Below, in pieces: positions 8,883-21,573 of a stretch of 64,000 nt of DNA (the first letter of the stretch is position 1; each line of letters opens with the position of its first letter). Source of the stretch: Actinomycetes bacterium (lineage in GTDB: Bacteria; Actinomycetota; Acidimicrobiia; Acidimicrobiales; CADCSY01); assembly GCA_031398745.1 (NCBI GenBank), contig JANNNX010000074.1, positions 8,740 through 72,739 of the forward strand, in the 5' to 3' direction. A model generated the notes under the pieces. That model saw only the letters and a list, made by a program, of their open reading frames with translations. It was not told the origin of the DNA and did not search any database. Made by a program: the position numbers and the translations under genes.

Positions 8883-9882
8883 GACGGTGCCGGACCCCGG
8901 TGACCTCGCCGACGACTCCTACCACCGCGCCGGTCCACCACGCGCCGCACGTGGTGACCATCGCCGCCATCGCCACCAGGCGCGGCACGAAGCGCACCGA
9001 TGGGCCTCGGGTGCCAACGGCATCGACGATCGCCACGACCGCCACGGCACCGACGACCGTGGCCGACGATCCGATGCGGCGACGACCGATCTCGAACACC
9101 AGAGCACCCAGCACTGGTCCCAATAGCAGCCCGACCTGTCGGCCCGAGGGTCGCCGGCCGCGTGCCCACCACGTTCCCTTGACCCGGCCGAAGAAGAAGT
9201 ACTGCCGAAGGAGTCCGCCCAGGGAGCGCCGGGGCAGGTAGCCGGAGCGCAGCGAGGCGTCGAACCACACCAGCCACCCGGCCGCCCGGTAGCGCTGGTT
9301 GAGCTCGAAGTCCTCGTTCAGCGCAACCGCCGGTGACCAGCCGCCGATCCCTCGGAGCTCCTCGGTGCGGAACGCACCCATCCACACCGTGTCGGCGGGG
9401 CCACTCACCGCCGTTCTCCGGTAGCGGGCGAGGCCGGTCGTCCATCGGTTGCCCAGTGCCCGGGCGATGCCCACGGCCAACGCGGAGTCGTCCCGGCTGA
9501 TGCCGACCTGGGCCCCACCGACGACCCCGACCTCCGGGCGCGCGGCAAGGACCTCGACACAGGTTCGGACGTGCTCCGGCTGGATCCGACTCCGGGCATC
9601 GACCCGCACCAGAACCTCGCCGGCTGCCGCCCGAAGCCCAACGTTGAGTCCCTCCGACGTGCGTCCGGCCGGATTGGCAAGGATCTCGGCCCGCGCCCAC
9701 GGGATCGCGGCGACGATGTCGGCGGCGATCGTCACGGTCCTATCACGCGAGCCACCGTCGACCACCAGCAGCTCGATGCGATCGAGCGGGTGATCCTGGG
9801 CGGCGATGGCCTGGAGGCAACCGGCGATGTCCTGCTCCTCGTCGAGCACCGGGACGACCACCGTCACCAGCGGGGCGGTCAC
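8875..9882 (-). CDS. Glycosyltransferase family 2 with C-terminal transmembrane segments
   Basis: The start is a GTG at 9882 (GTGA overlap with the upstream stop). The protein reads VTAPLVTVVVPVLDEEQDIAGCLQAI, LLVVDGGSRDRT, GLNVGL and VRVDARS, and has hydrophobic C-terminal helices. The 5' extension in track ORF 8875..10245 is Arg/Pro junk overlapping the priming transferase. Confidence 0.8.
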   Translation of the reverse strand: MTAPLVTVVVPVLDEEQDIAGCLQAIAAQDHPLDRIELLVVDGGSRDRTVTIAADIVAAIPWARAEILANPAGRTSEGLNVGLRAAAGEVLVRVDARSRIQPEHVRTCVEVLAARPEVGVVGGAQVGISRDDSALAVGIARALGNRWTTGLARYRRTAVSGPADTVWMGAFRTEELRGIGGWSPAVALNEDFELNQRYRAAGWLVWFDASLRSGYLPRRSLGGLLRQYFFFGRVKGTWWARGRRPSGRQVGLLLGPVLGALVFEIGRRRIGSSATVVGAVAVVAIVDAVGTRGPSVRFVPRLVAMAAMVTTCGAWWTGAVVGVVGEVTGVRHRHG

Positions 9883-11228
9883 CGGCCCTGGCCCCCGAGG
9901 ACGTGGCGAACGGTGCGGCCGAGCACCCGTAGGTCGAGGCCCAGCCGTTGGTTGCGGAGGTACCAGAACTCGTACTGGAGCTTCTCCAAGGCGTCCCGCT
10001 CGTCGCCCGCGTAGCCGTACTTCACCTGGGCCCAGCCGGTCAGGCCGGGGCGCACCAGGTGGCGGACGTCGTAGAACGGCAGCTTGGCCGAGAGCTCGGC
10101 CACGTAAGCCGGTTGCTCGGGCCGGGGCCCGACCACCGACAGGTCGCCCCGCAGGATGTTCAGCACCTGGGGCAGCTCGTCGAGGTGGGTCCGGCGCAGG
10201 AACCCGCCGAACGGCGTGATCCGGGGATCGTCGGTGGTGGTCCACACGGCCGCCTCATCCGGGTCGTCGGACACCTCGATGTGCGGCTGCATGGTGCGCA
10301 GCTTGAGCATCTCGAAGGTCCGGCCCCGACGCCCCACCCGCACCTGGCGGAACAGCAGCGAACCCTGGTTGGCCCAGCGGTTGGCCACCCACACCACCGG
10401 CACCACGACCGCCAGGGCTGGGAGGAGGGTGACGGCCACGGCCACGTCGAGCAGCCGCTTGCGCCTCGAGTAGCGGGTGTCGTGGAGCTCGCCAATGTCG
10501 AACAGCAGCGATGCCCGCTCCAACTCCGACACCGGGAGCTTCCCCAACCACTCCTCGTAGAAGCCGGTCAAGGTCCGGACCCGGACGCCGTGGCTGTGGA
10601 GGCGGGCAGCCTGGGCCAGCACCCGCTCGTCCTCTTGGGCGACCCGGTCGAGGACGACTAGGTGTGCCCCCAACGCCGCCGCGGCCTCGGTCAGCGGCTG
10701 CGAGCGTCCGTCGCCCGACGCCTCGGCCACCCCCAGGCAGGTCACCAGCCGAGCGTGGGCCTCGGGGGCGGCGGCCAGCTCCTGGGCCACGATCTCGGCC
10801 TCGCCCGGCTCCGACACCAACAGCACCCGGGTGCGCTCCTCGGCCCGGAGCCGCTCACCGGCGGCCAGCCAGGCGCACAAGAAGAACCAGCCCGCCATCG
10901 GCACCGCCGAGCCGAACACCACGAACCGAGGCAGCAGGGCGGTGCCCAGCGCCAGCTGGGCCAGGGACACGCCGGCGACCCCGATGCCGGTGGCGACGGC
11001 CGACGCCCGGGCCGCCGACCGCCAGGTGGGCATCTGGTCGGGCAACCCGACGCCGTAGGCGGCCACGCACAGCAGGACGACATAGGCGGTGGCCCAGGCG
11101 AACCGGAACGACCCGGTGAAGTCATACGACGGGTTGGCCACCCAGGCGGCGTGGACCTTCGAGAGGCCAAGCACGATCGCCACGACCCCGAGGTCGGTCA
11201 GGGCCCGCGTCGCCCGATGGACGTTCAC
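9879..11228 (-). CDS. Polyprenyl glycosylphosphotransferase (WbaP/EpsB-type priming sugar transferase)
   Basis: 449 aa. It has N-terminal TM helices, a central Rossmann-like region, and the C-terminal bacterial sugar-transferase domain (RRKRLLDVAVAV..., LFRQVRVGRRGRTFEMLKLRTM, DPRITPFGGFLRRTHLDELPQ, LSVVGPRP, RPGLTGWAQV). Confidence 0.9.
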   Translation of the reverse strand: MNVHRATRALTDLGVVAIVLGLSKVHAAWVANPSYDFTGSFRFAWATAYVVLLCVAAYGVGLPDQMPTWRSAARASAVATGIGVAGVSLAQLALGTALLPRFVVFGSAVPMAGWFFLCAWLAAGERLRAEERTRVLLVSEPGEAEIVAQELAAAPEAHARLVTCLGVAEASGDGRSQPLTEAAAALGAHLVVLDRVAQEDERVLAQAARLHSHGVRVRTLTGFYEEWLGKLPVSELERASLLFDIGELHDTRYSRRKRLLDVAVAVTLLPALAVVVPVVWVANRWANQGSLLFRQVRVGRRGRTFEMLKLRTMQPHIEVSDDPDEAAVWTTTDDPRITPFGGFLRRTHLDELPQVLNILRGDLSVVGPRPEQPAYVAELSAKLPFYDVRHLVRPGLTGWAQVKYGYAGDERDALEKLQYEFWYLRNQRLGLDLRVLGRTVRHVLGGQGR

Positions 11229-11290
11229 CCCGGCTGTATCGACCGAAGCCGGGTGCCGGCTGAACCGCTCTCCGTGGCGGCCGCGGCCCC

Positions 11291-11352
11291 GTCTCTTGTT
11301 CTCGGCGCGCCTCGTCCGCCATATCGGACGCCGCGCGCCGAGAACGAGGGGG
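11291..11352. repeat. Palindromic intergenic element, copy 1. It is a hairpin immediately 3' of the uvrA stop.
   Basis: A perfect 13-bp inverted repeat, GTTCTCGGCGCGC (11298-11310) / GCGCGCCGAGAAC (11333-11345). It encloses a 22-nt segment that itself holds a 6-bp hairpin, CGTCCG (11313-18) / CGGACG (11325-30). The right flank CGAGGGGGTGGGG abuts the uvrA stop. The same arms and flank recur at 45443-45500. Confidence 0.6.
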
Positions 11353-11357
11353 TGGGG

Positions 11358-14252
<2,895 letters not shown>

Positions 14253-14321
14253 CGGCGGAGCCTACCGGCGGCCCCTCGGCGTTCCGGACGGCTGCTGGTG
14301 CGCCCTGGAGTCAGTGCTCTC

Positions 14322-16025
14322 CTACGCCGGTCCGGTGCCGTCGAGTCGGTCGAACCGCCACACGGAGTAGCCGCCACCGACGACCGACACCACCCGGTGG
14401 TCGGTCAGGACGAAGCCATCCACGACCGGCACGGGCGAGTCCGGCCCGCGCACCACCTCCACCGTCTCGGTCCCGGCTGCGACCGCGAGGGCGATGGCCT
14501 CTTCGATGCCCGCATCGTCATCACCCCGCAGCCATCGGCGCTCGCCGTACCAGTTGCCGGCCTCCCGCCCGGTGTGCGTGTCGGTCACGATCACCGCGTC
14601 GCTCGGGCTGCCTTCCACCACTTCGGCCAGTGCCCCGGCGAAGGACGCCGAGCGATGCGCGTGCCAGGCCAGGCCCCAGCCAGCGGTGACGACGCTGATC
14701 GCGATGAGGATCACCCCAGTGGGTCGACGCCAATCGGTGGCAGCGATCGCCACCACGCCGAGCACGGTGAGGAGGGCTCCGGGTAGCAGGAGGTAGCGCC
14801 CGGCCCACTGAGCGACGAGCTGGCCGGTCCACTGGGTCGCCAGCACCAGAACGACGGTGAGGACCGCCGCCCGCCGCAACGTGCGCCGATCCCCGTGAGC
14901 CGGGGCAACCAACCCAGCCACGGCCCATGGTGTCGCGGGGAGAAGGCCTGGGATGAAGCCCAAGCCCAATCCCAACCGACCGATCAAGGCTCCGGGCAGC
15001 ACGGTGGCTACGGCTCGGACCAACGTGCTGGTGGTGGGGCGACAGGCCCGCCAGGCCACCGCGCCCAGGCCGATCGTGCCCGCCAGGCCGACGAGGAGGT
15101 CGATGGGTCCATCGCCCGGGACGGTGCCGATGGTGGTGAGCGCCACGTCGCGCAGACGGGCGGACCACTGGGTCGCCGCCTGGTCGAGAACGCCTGCGGC
15201 CCGGGCGCCGCGGACGCCCGACCCGAAGAGCAAACGCTCGAGAACCTGGTTGCTGGCGAGGACGGCGAGGAACCCGGCCGCGACGGCGACCACCGAGGGC
15301 GGGCGCCACCGCCGCCGCCAGGATGAGACCAGCGTCAACACCGCGAAGGCCAGGACGGCCGGGGCCATCTCCAGCCGCAGCACCACCGCCAGACCCGCCA
15401 ACACGCCGACGATCAACGGGCGCCGAGGCCGATCGCCCTCCATGGCCTCGGCAACCGCCAGGAGGGCGATCGCCGTCGCCGGCGCATGCTCCCAAACGTC
15501 GAGCGAGTAGAAGGCCACGGGGGACCCGAGGCCTACCGCCCACAACGCGGGCAGGGGCGACTGAGCCCCGAGCGTGACCGCGATGCGGCCGGCCGCCCAG
15601 CCAGCCAGCGGCGCCGAGAGGATCGGAAGCAGGAGGAGCGCGGAGGCTCCACCCATCCACCACAAGGGGACCGACAGCAAGACCATTGGGAGACTGGTGA
15701 CCTGGATCCAGCGATCGCCCCGCTGGGAGGTGTTGTACAGCGGGTGGTGCTCGCCGTCCGGGTCGAGGGCCGCGGCCCAGTAACCCACGTCGGGATCGAC
15801 GGTGCGTCCCTCGGCCATGACCTTGACGGTGGCCACCTTGCCGCCGGCATCCGAGCCCGACCAGGCCCGGGTGTCGCCCAGGGCAGCGACGGCGAGCAGG
15901 GCGACAACGATGGCGACCAGTGACATCGGCATCGCCCACGGGCGTCGAGCCCGGTCGTCGACCGCGCCGCCTGGACCGACATCGGTGCCCGCGGCGGACG
16001 GAGCGGGCACGTCGATCGAGGTCAC
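14322..16025 (-). CDS. Polytopic integral membrane protein with a C-terminal soluble domain (possibly GT-C-like). Function unknown.
   Basis: A 567-aa ORF (GTG start; an alternative ATG gives [10 protein letters not shown]). It has more than 10 hydrophobic segments, a roughly 60-aa first extracytoplasmic loop with acidic DPD motifs, and a roughly 110-aa non-hydrophobic C-terminus. It sits between uvrA and uvrB. Confidence 0.55.
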   Translation of the reverse strand: MTSIDVPAPSAAGTDVGPGGAVDDRARRPWAMPMSLVAIVVALLAVAALGDTRAWSGSDAGGKVATVKVMAEGRTVDPDVGYWAAALDPDGEHHPLYNTSQRGDRWIQVTSLPMVLLSVPLWWMGGASALLLLPILSAPLAGWAAGRIAVTLGAQSPLPALWAVGLGSPVAFYSLDVWEHAPATAIALLAVAEAMEGDRPRRPLIVGVLAGLAVVLRLEMAPAVLAFAVLTLVSSWRRRWRPPSVVAVAAGFLAVLASNQVLERLLFGSGVRGARAAGVLDQAATQWSARLRDVALTTIGTVPGDGPIDLLVGLAGTIGLGAVAWRACRPTTSTLVRAVATVLPGALIGRLGLGLGFIPGLLPATPWAVAGLVAPAHGDRRTLRRAAVLTVVLVLATQWTGQLVAQWAGRYLLLPGALLTVLGVVAIAATDWRRPTGVILIAISVVTAGWGLAWHAHRSASFAGALAEVVEGSPSDAVIVTDTHTGREAGNWYGERRWLRGDDDAGIEEAIALAVAAGTETVEVVRGPDSPVPVVDGFVLTDHRVVSVVGGGYSVWRFDRLDGTGPA

Positions 16026-16072
16026 CCTGGAGATATCGCCGATACGAGCCCGGCCCTGAACCGAAGGAGCGT

Positions 16073-18088
<2,016 letters not shown>

Positions 18089-18098
18089 GCCGACGAGC

Positions 18099-18689
18099 CT
18101 AGAGGCGGCCTATCCAGTGCCAGAGGGCCTCGACCTGGGCGTCGAGCGCCGCCGGGTCACCGGCGTTGTCGATCACCCGGTCGGCGGCCGCCAACCGGGT
18201 GGCGCGGTCGATCTGGGCATCGACCCGGGCACGGGCATCGCTCGACGACAGCCCCCGAGCCACCAGGCGGGCCACGGCCACCTCCTCCGGGGCGTCGACC
18301 ACCACCACCGCCTGCACCGGGTAGCTGCCCTCCGACTCCACCAGCAGGGGCACCTCGAGCACCACCACCCGGTCGCTCTCCTCCCAACCCCGTACCCGGG
18401 CTAGGAGCTCGGCCCTCACCGCGGGGTGCACGATCGCCTCCAGATCAGCCCGGGCACCGGGATCGGCGAAGACGATCCCGGCCAGTGCCGATCGGTCGAG
18501 GTCGCCCTCGGGCGTGACCACCCCCGGCCCGAAGCGGTCGACGATGGCCGCGAAGACCGGCGTACCCGGTGCCTGGAGCTCGCGCACGACCGCGTCGGCG
18601 TCGATCACCACCGCCCCACGGGCGTCCAGCAAGGCGGCCACCGTGGACTTGCCGGCGCCGATGCCCCCGGTCAGACCCACCAGCTTCAC
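18099..18689 (-). CDS. coaE: Dephospho-CoA kinase
   Basis: 196 aa. It begins [21 protein letters not shown] (P-loop). It lies 10 nt upstream of uvrB, the same coaE-uvrB adjacency as in mycobacteria. Confidence 0.9.
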   Translation of the reverse strand: MKLVGLTGGIGAGKSTVAALLDARGAVVIDADAVVRELQAPGTPVFAAIVDRFGPGVVTPEGDLDRSALAGIVFADPGARADLEAIVHPAVRAELLARVRGWEESDRVVVLEVPLLVESEGSYPVQAVVVVDAPEEVAVARLVARGLSSSDARARVDAQIDRATRLAAADRVIDNAGDPAALDAQVEALWHWIGRL

Positions 18690-18830
18690 CGACGGGCGAC
18701 GCTACCGCCGTGCTCCGGGGCGAGCCGGCATCCACGAGGGACGCAAGAACCACTCCTACGCTGCCGATACCTCTTCGACGACCCCCAACCCGCCGCCGAT
18801 GGCGGCCCGGTCGCACACGAAGGCGCGATC

Positions 18831-20513
18831 ATGAACGCTCGGCTCGACGAACCTGTGCCCGTGGCCACGATCACCAGCGCGGTCGTGACCCCGCAGAGCA
18901 CGTTCCGCCCGCCGGTCACCGCCATCCGGTGGGCCACGGTGGCCGTCGGGATCGCGCTGACCGGCGCGTCGAGCCAGCACCTGTCGCGCCAGATCCTGAC
19001 CGGAGTGCTGGTCCTGGCGGTGTACAGCGCCTACCGGACCTTCCGCCCGCTGGTGGTCGACCACACCCTCCTCGGCCTGGCTGGGGTGCTGATCGAGGTC
19101 GGCGTCGGCGTGCTGGTGGTCGATGCCACCGGGTACTGGAGCTCGCCCTTCGTCTTCTCCCTCACCACCGCGGTGCTGGTCGCCGGTTTCGCCAGCGGCT
19201 TCGCGCTGGCGCTGAGGGTCAGCGTGGTGTCGATCCTGGCCGTGGCGGTCCCGTTCCACCTCGAGACCCAGCTGTCGACGCTCGACGCGCTGCACCTGAC
19301 CGCCCAGTTCTCCGTCGAGCTGCTTCTGGTGGGCCTGGTGGCGGAGTACGCCCGGCGCTTCACCGGTGAGGCCGAGGCCCGCCGCACCGTCGCCCTCGAC
19401 CGGCTGGGCCGGCTGTCAGAGGCCAACACCCTGCTCTACTCGCTGCACCGACTGGCCCAGACCTTGCCGGCGTCGCTCGATCTCGACGAGGTCCTCGACT
19501 CCACCGTCGGCCGCCTGCGGAGCTTCCTCGACATCACCGCGCTGGCCGTGGTCATGCCCGACGACACCGCCGAGGGATTCTGGGTCGTCGGCCGCCAGGA
19601 GGGCGTGCGGCTGTCGCCGTTGGTGGCCACCGCCGACCTGCCGGCCGCCATCCGGGCGGCAGCCGAGTCCGACGTCACCCTCAACCACCGGTCGCTCGAC
19701 GCCGACGGCTTCCCCGGGCTCTCGGTCCGGTCTCGGTCGGGCCTCTACGGCCCGTTGCGAGCCCGGGGCCAGCTGGTGGGCGTCATCGCGGTGGAGCACG
19801 ACAGCCCCGACCACTTCTCCCCGGGGGACGTCGCCTTGGTCGAGGGCATGGTCGAAACCGCGGCGCTGGCCATCGACAACGCCCGGTGGTTCTCCCGGCT
19901 CCACACCGTGGGGGCCGCCGAGGAGCGGACCCGCATCGCCCGAGACCTCCACGACCGCATCGGTCAGTCGATCGCGTACCTGGGCTTCGAGCTCGACCGG
20001 ATCATCGGCAAAGTCGACGACCCGGCCCTCGCCTTCGACCTCGACCACCTCCGCCGGGATGTTCGGGCGGTGGTCAGCGAGATTCGGGAGACGCTCTACG
20101 ACTTGAGGACCAACGTCACCGAGGCCGACGGCTTCGTCGAGGTCCTCGACACCTTCCTGGAGCGGGTGCGCAGCCGCTCCGCGGCGCAGCTGACCTTCCG
20201 CCACGACGCGCCGGCCCGGTTGCCGCTGCCCCAGGAGCGTGAGCTGTGGCGCATCGCCCAGGAGGCGGTCACCAACGCGGAGCGCCATGCCGCAGCGTCG
20301 GAGATCAGCGTGTCCTGGCGGTGCGACGGGAGCCGGGCGACCCTGGAGGTGGCCGACGACGGCAAGGGCTTCGAGACCGCCAAGGCGGGCCGGTTGGACT
20401 CCTACGGCATCGTGGGGATGCGGGAGCGAGCGGCGTCGATCGGGGCGTCGTTCACCATCGACTCCCGCTCCGGCCGGGGCACCACCGTGCGCTGCGCCCT
20501 GGAGGCGTCGTGA
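18831..20513 (+). CDS. Membrane sensor histidine kinase (multi-TM N-terminus, GAF-like domain, HisKA_3, HATPase_c)
   Basis: The ATG is at 18831 (MNARLDEPVP). The track ORF extends further upstream but overlaps coaE on the opposite strand. The protein has 5-6 hydrophobic helices, a GAF-like middle region (GQLVGVIAVEHD), the H-box EERTRIARDLHDRIGQ (NarX/DesK type), an N-box EAVTNAERHA, and a G-box DDGKGF. Confidence 0.85.
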   Translation: MNARLDEPVPVATITSAVVTPQSTFRPPVTAIRWATVAVGIALTGASSQHLSRQILTGVLVLAVYSAYRTFRPLVVDHTLLGLAGVLIEVGVGVLVVDATGYWSSPFVFSLTTAVLVAGFASGFALALRVSVVSILAVAVPFHLETQLSTLDALHLTAQFSVELLLVGLVAEYARRFTGEAEARRTVALDRLGRLSEANTLLYSLHRLAQTLPASLDLDEVLDSTVGRLRSFLDITALAVVMPDDTAEGFWVVGRQEGVRLSPLVATADLPAAIRAAAESDVTLNHRSLDADGFPGLSVRSRSGLYGPLRARGQLVGVIAVEHDSPDHFSPGDVALVEGMVETAALAIDNARWFSRLHTVGAAEERTRIARDLHDRIGQSIAYLGFELDRIIGKVDDPALAFDLDHLRRDVRAVVSEIRETLYDLRTNVTEADGFVEVLDTFLERVRSRSAAQLTFRHDAPARLPLPQERELWRIAQEAVTNAERHAAASEISVSWRCDGSRATLEVADDGKGFETAKAGRLDSYGIVGMRERAASIGASFTIDSRSGRGTTVRCALEAS

Positions 20514-21142
20514 GACTCGTTCTGGCCGACGACCACAAGATGCTGCGCGAGGGGCTGCGCCGGTCGCTCGAGGCCCACGGTCTGGAGGTGGTGGCCGAGG
20601 CCGCCGACGGCGAGCAAGCCGTCGAGCTGGCCGACGAGCACCGACCCGACGTGGTCCTGATGGACGTCTCCATGCCCGGGCTCGACGGCATCGAGGCGGC
20701 CCGGGCGATCCGGGCCCGGGTGCCCGACACCCGGATCGTGATGCTCACCATGCACGCCGACAGCGACGTCGTGGCCCGAGCCATCCGGGCCGGGGCCGAC
20801 GGCTACCTGGTCAAGGACTGCTCCACGGAGGAGATCATCGACACCATCGAGCAGGTGGCGTCGGGCGACACCGTGGTCTCCACCGGCCTAGCCGGGTCGA
20901 TGCTGGCCGAGGTCCGCCGCTTGGGCATGGTCGCCGGGGCCGATGCCATCACCCGGCGAGAGGAGGAGGTGCTCCAGCTCATCGCCGATGGCTGCAGCAC
21001 CCCCGAAGTTGCCGAGCGGCTCTACATCAGCCAGAAGACGGTGAAGAACCACCTGGCCTCGATCTACCAGAAGCTCGACGCCCGGGACCGCACCCAGGCG
21101 GTACTGCGGGCCGTGCGGATCGGCATCGTCCGACTCAACTAG
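20510..21142 (+). CDS. NarL/LuxR-family response regulator
   Basis: A GTG at 20510 overlaps the kinase stop (GTGA). The protein begins VRLVLADDHKMLREGL. The receiver Asp is in VVLMDVSMPGLDG. The C-terminal HTH_LuxR reads REEEVLQLIADGCSTPEVAERLYISQKTVKNHLASIYQKL. Confidence 0.9.
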   Translation: MRLVLADDHKMLREGLRRSLEAHGLEVVAEAADGEQAVELADEHRPDVVLMDVSMPGLDGIEAARAIRARVPDTRIVMLTMHADSDVVARAIRAGADGYLVKDCSTEEIIDTIEQVASGDTVVSTGLAGSMLAEVRRLGMVAGADAITRREEEVLQLIADGCSTPEVAERLYISQKTVKNHLASIYQKLDARDRTQAVLRAVRIGIVRLN

Positions 21143-21179
21143 GCCATACGGCCCGTCCTCGCCGTTCGCGGCCCCTAAG

Positions 21180-21191
21180 GGTCGATCGACC
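21180..21191. promoter_or_regulatory. Perfect 12-bp palindrome GGTCGATCGACC upstream of flp1 (candidate operator, weak support)
   Basis: Seen directly in the sequence, 87 nt upstream of the flp1 ATG in the 135-nt spacer after the LuxR-type regulator gene. My rough estimate is that tens of 12-bp perfect palindromes occur by chance in 64 kb at this GC content. Only its position is suggestive. Confidence 0.2.
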
Positions 21192-21277
21192 TATTGAGAC
21201 CACGGCCACGCAGGGCGATGTTGTGGTGACACTCAGTGCCCCGCTGTGGGGCGACTAATCACAAGGGAGTCCCCCAG

Positions 21278-21466
21278 ATGCTGCTCAACTACAAGTTCCT
21301 CGCCGCCTACCTCCGGGCCCGTTTCGGTGACAACGAGCGGGGCGCCAGCCTCGTGGAGTACGCCCTTCTCGTGGCACTGATCGCGGTGGTGTGCATCGTC
21401 GCCGTGACCACGCTGGGCAACAACGCCGACTCGAAGTTCAGTGAGGTCGGCTCGGCCGTTCAGTAG
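21278..21466 (+). CDS. flp: Flp-family type IVb pilin (prepilin)
   Basis: The ATG at 21278 is preceded by AAGGGAG. The 62-aa product is MLLNYKFLAAYLRARFGDNERG|ASLVEYALLVALIAVVCIVAVTTLGNNADSKFSEVGSAVQ. It has the Flp processing motif G/xxxxEY followed by a hydrophobic helix. Confidence 0.85.
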   Translation: MLLNYKFLAAYLRARFGDNERGASLVEYALLVALIAVVCIVAVTTLGNNADSKFSEVGSAVQ

Positions 21467-21506
21467 GTCCGGCGGCCGCAGCAACGGCGCTGCGGCAACC
21501 GCGCAT

Positions 21507-21549
21507 CGAGGAGGGGCGGGCCACCTGGTCCGCCCCTCCTCGCGTTTCC
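21507..21549 (+). terminator. Strong GC-rich hairpin with a short T-run between flp1 and flp2 (intrinsic terminator or attenuator candidate)
   Basis: CGAGGAGGGGCGG (21507-21519) pairs perfectly with CCGCCCCTCCTCG (21530-21542). Three more inner pairs leave an ACCT tetraloop. The hairpin is followed by GCGTTTCCC. A second 7-bp hairpin, CCGCAGC/GCTGCGG, lies at 21476-21495. Confidence 0.6.
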
Positions 21550-21573
21550 CAACGACCACAACGAGAGGCCTCC

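Noticed and set aside
21180-21191. Treating the 12-bp perfect palindromes (GGTCGATCGACC at 21180; GCGATCGATCGC at 62405) as significant in themselves.
   Set aside because: A rough estimate uses a per-pair match probability of about 0.29 at this GC content, raised to the sixth power, times 64,000 positions. That gives tens of such palindromes by chance. I keep them only as low-confidence positional candidates.
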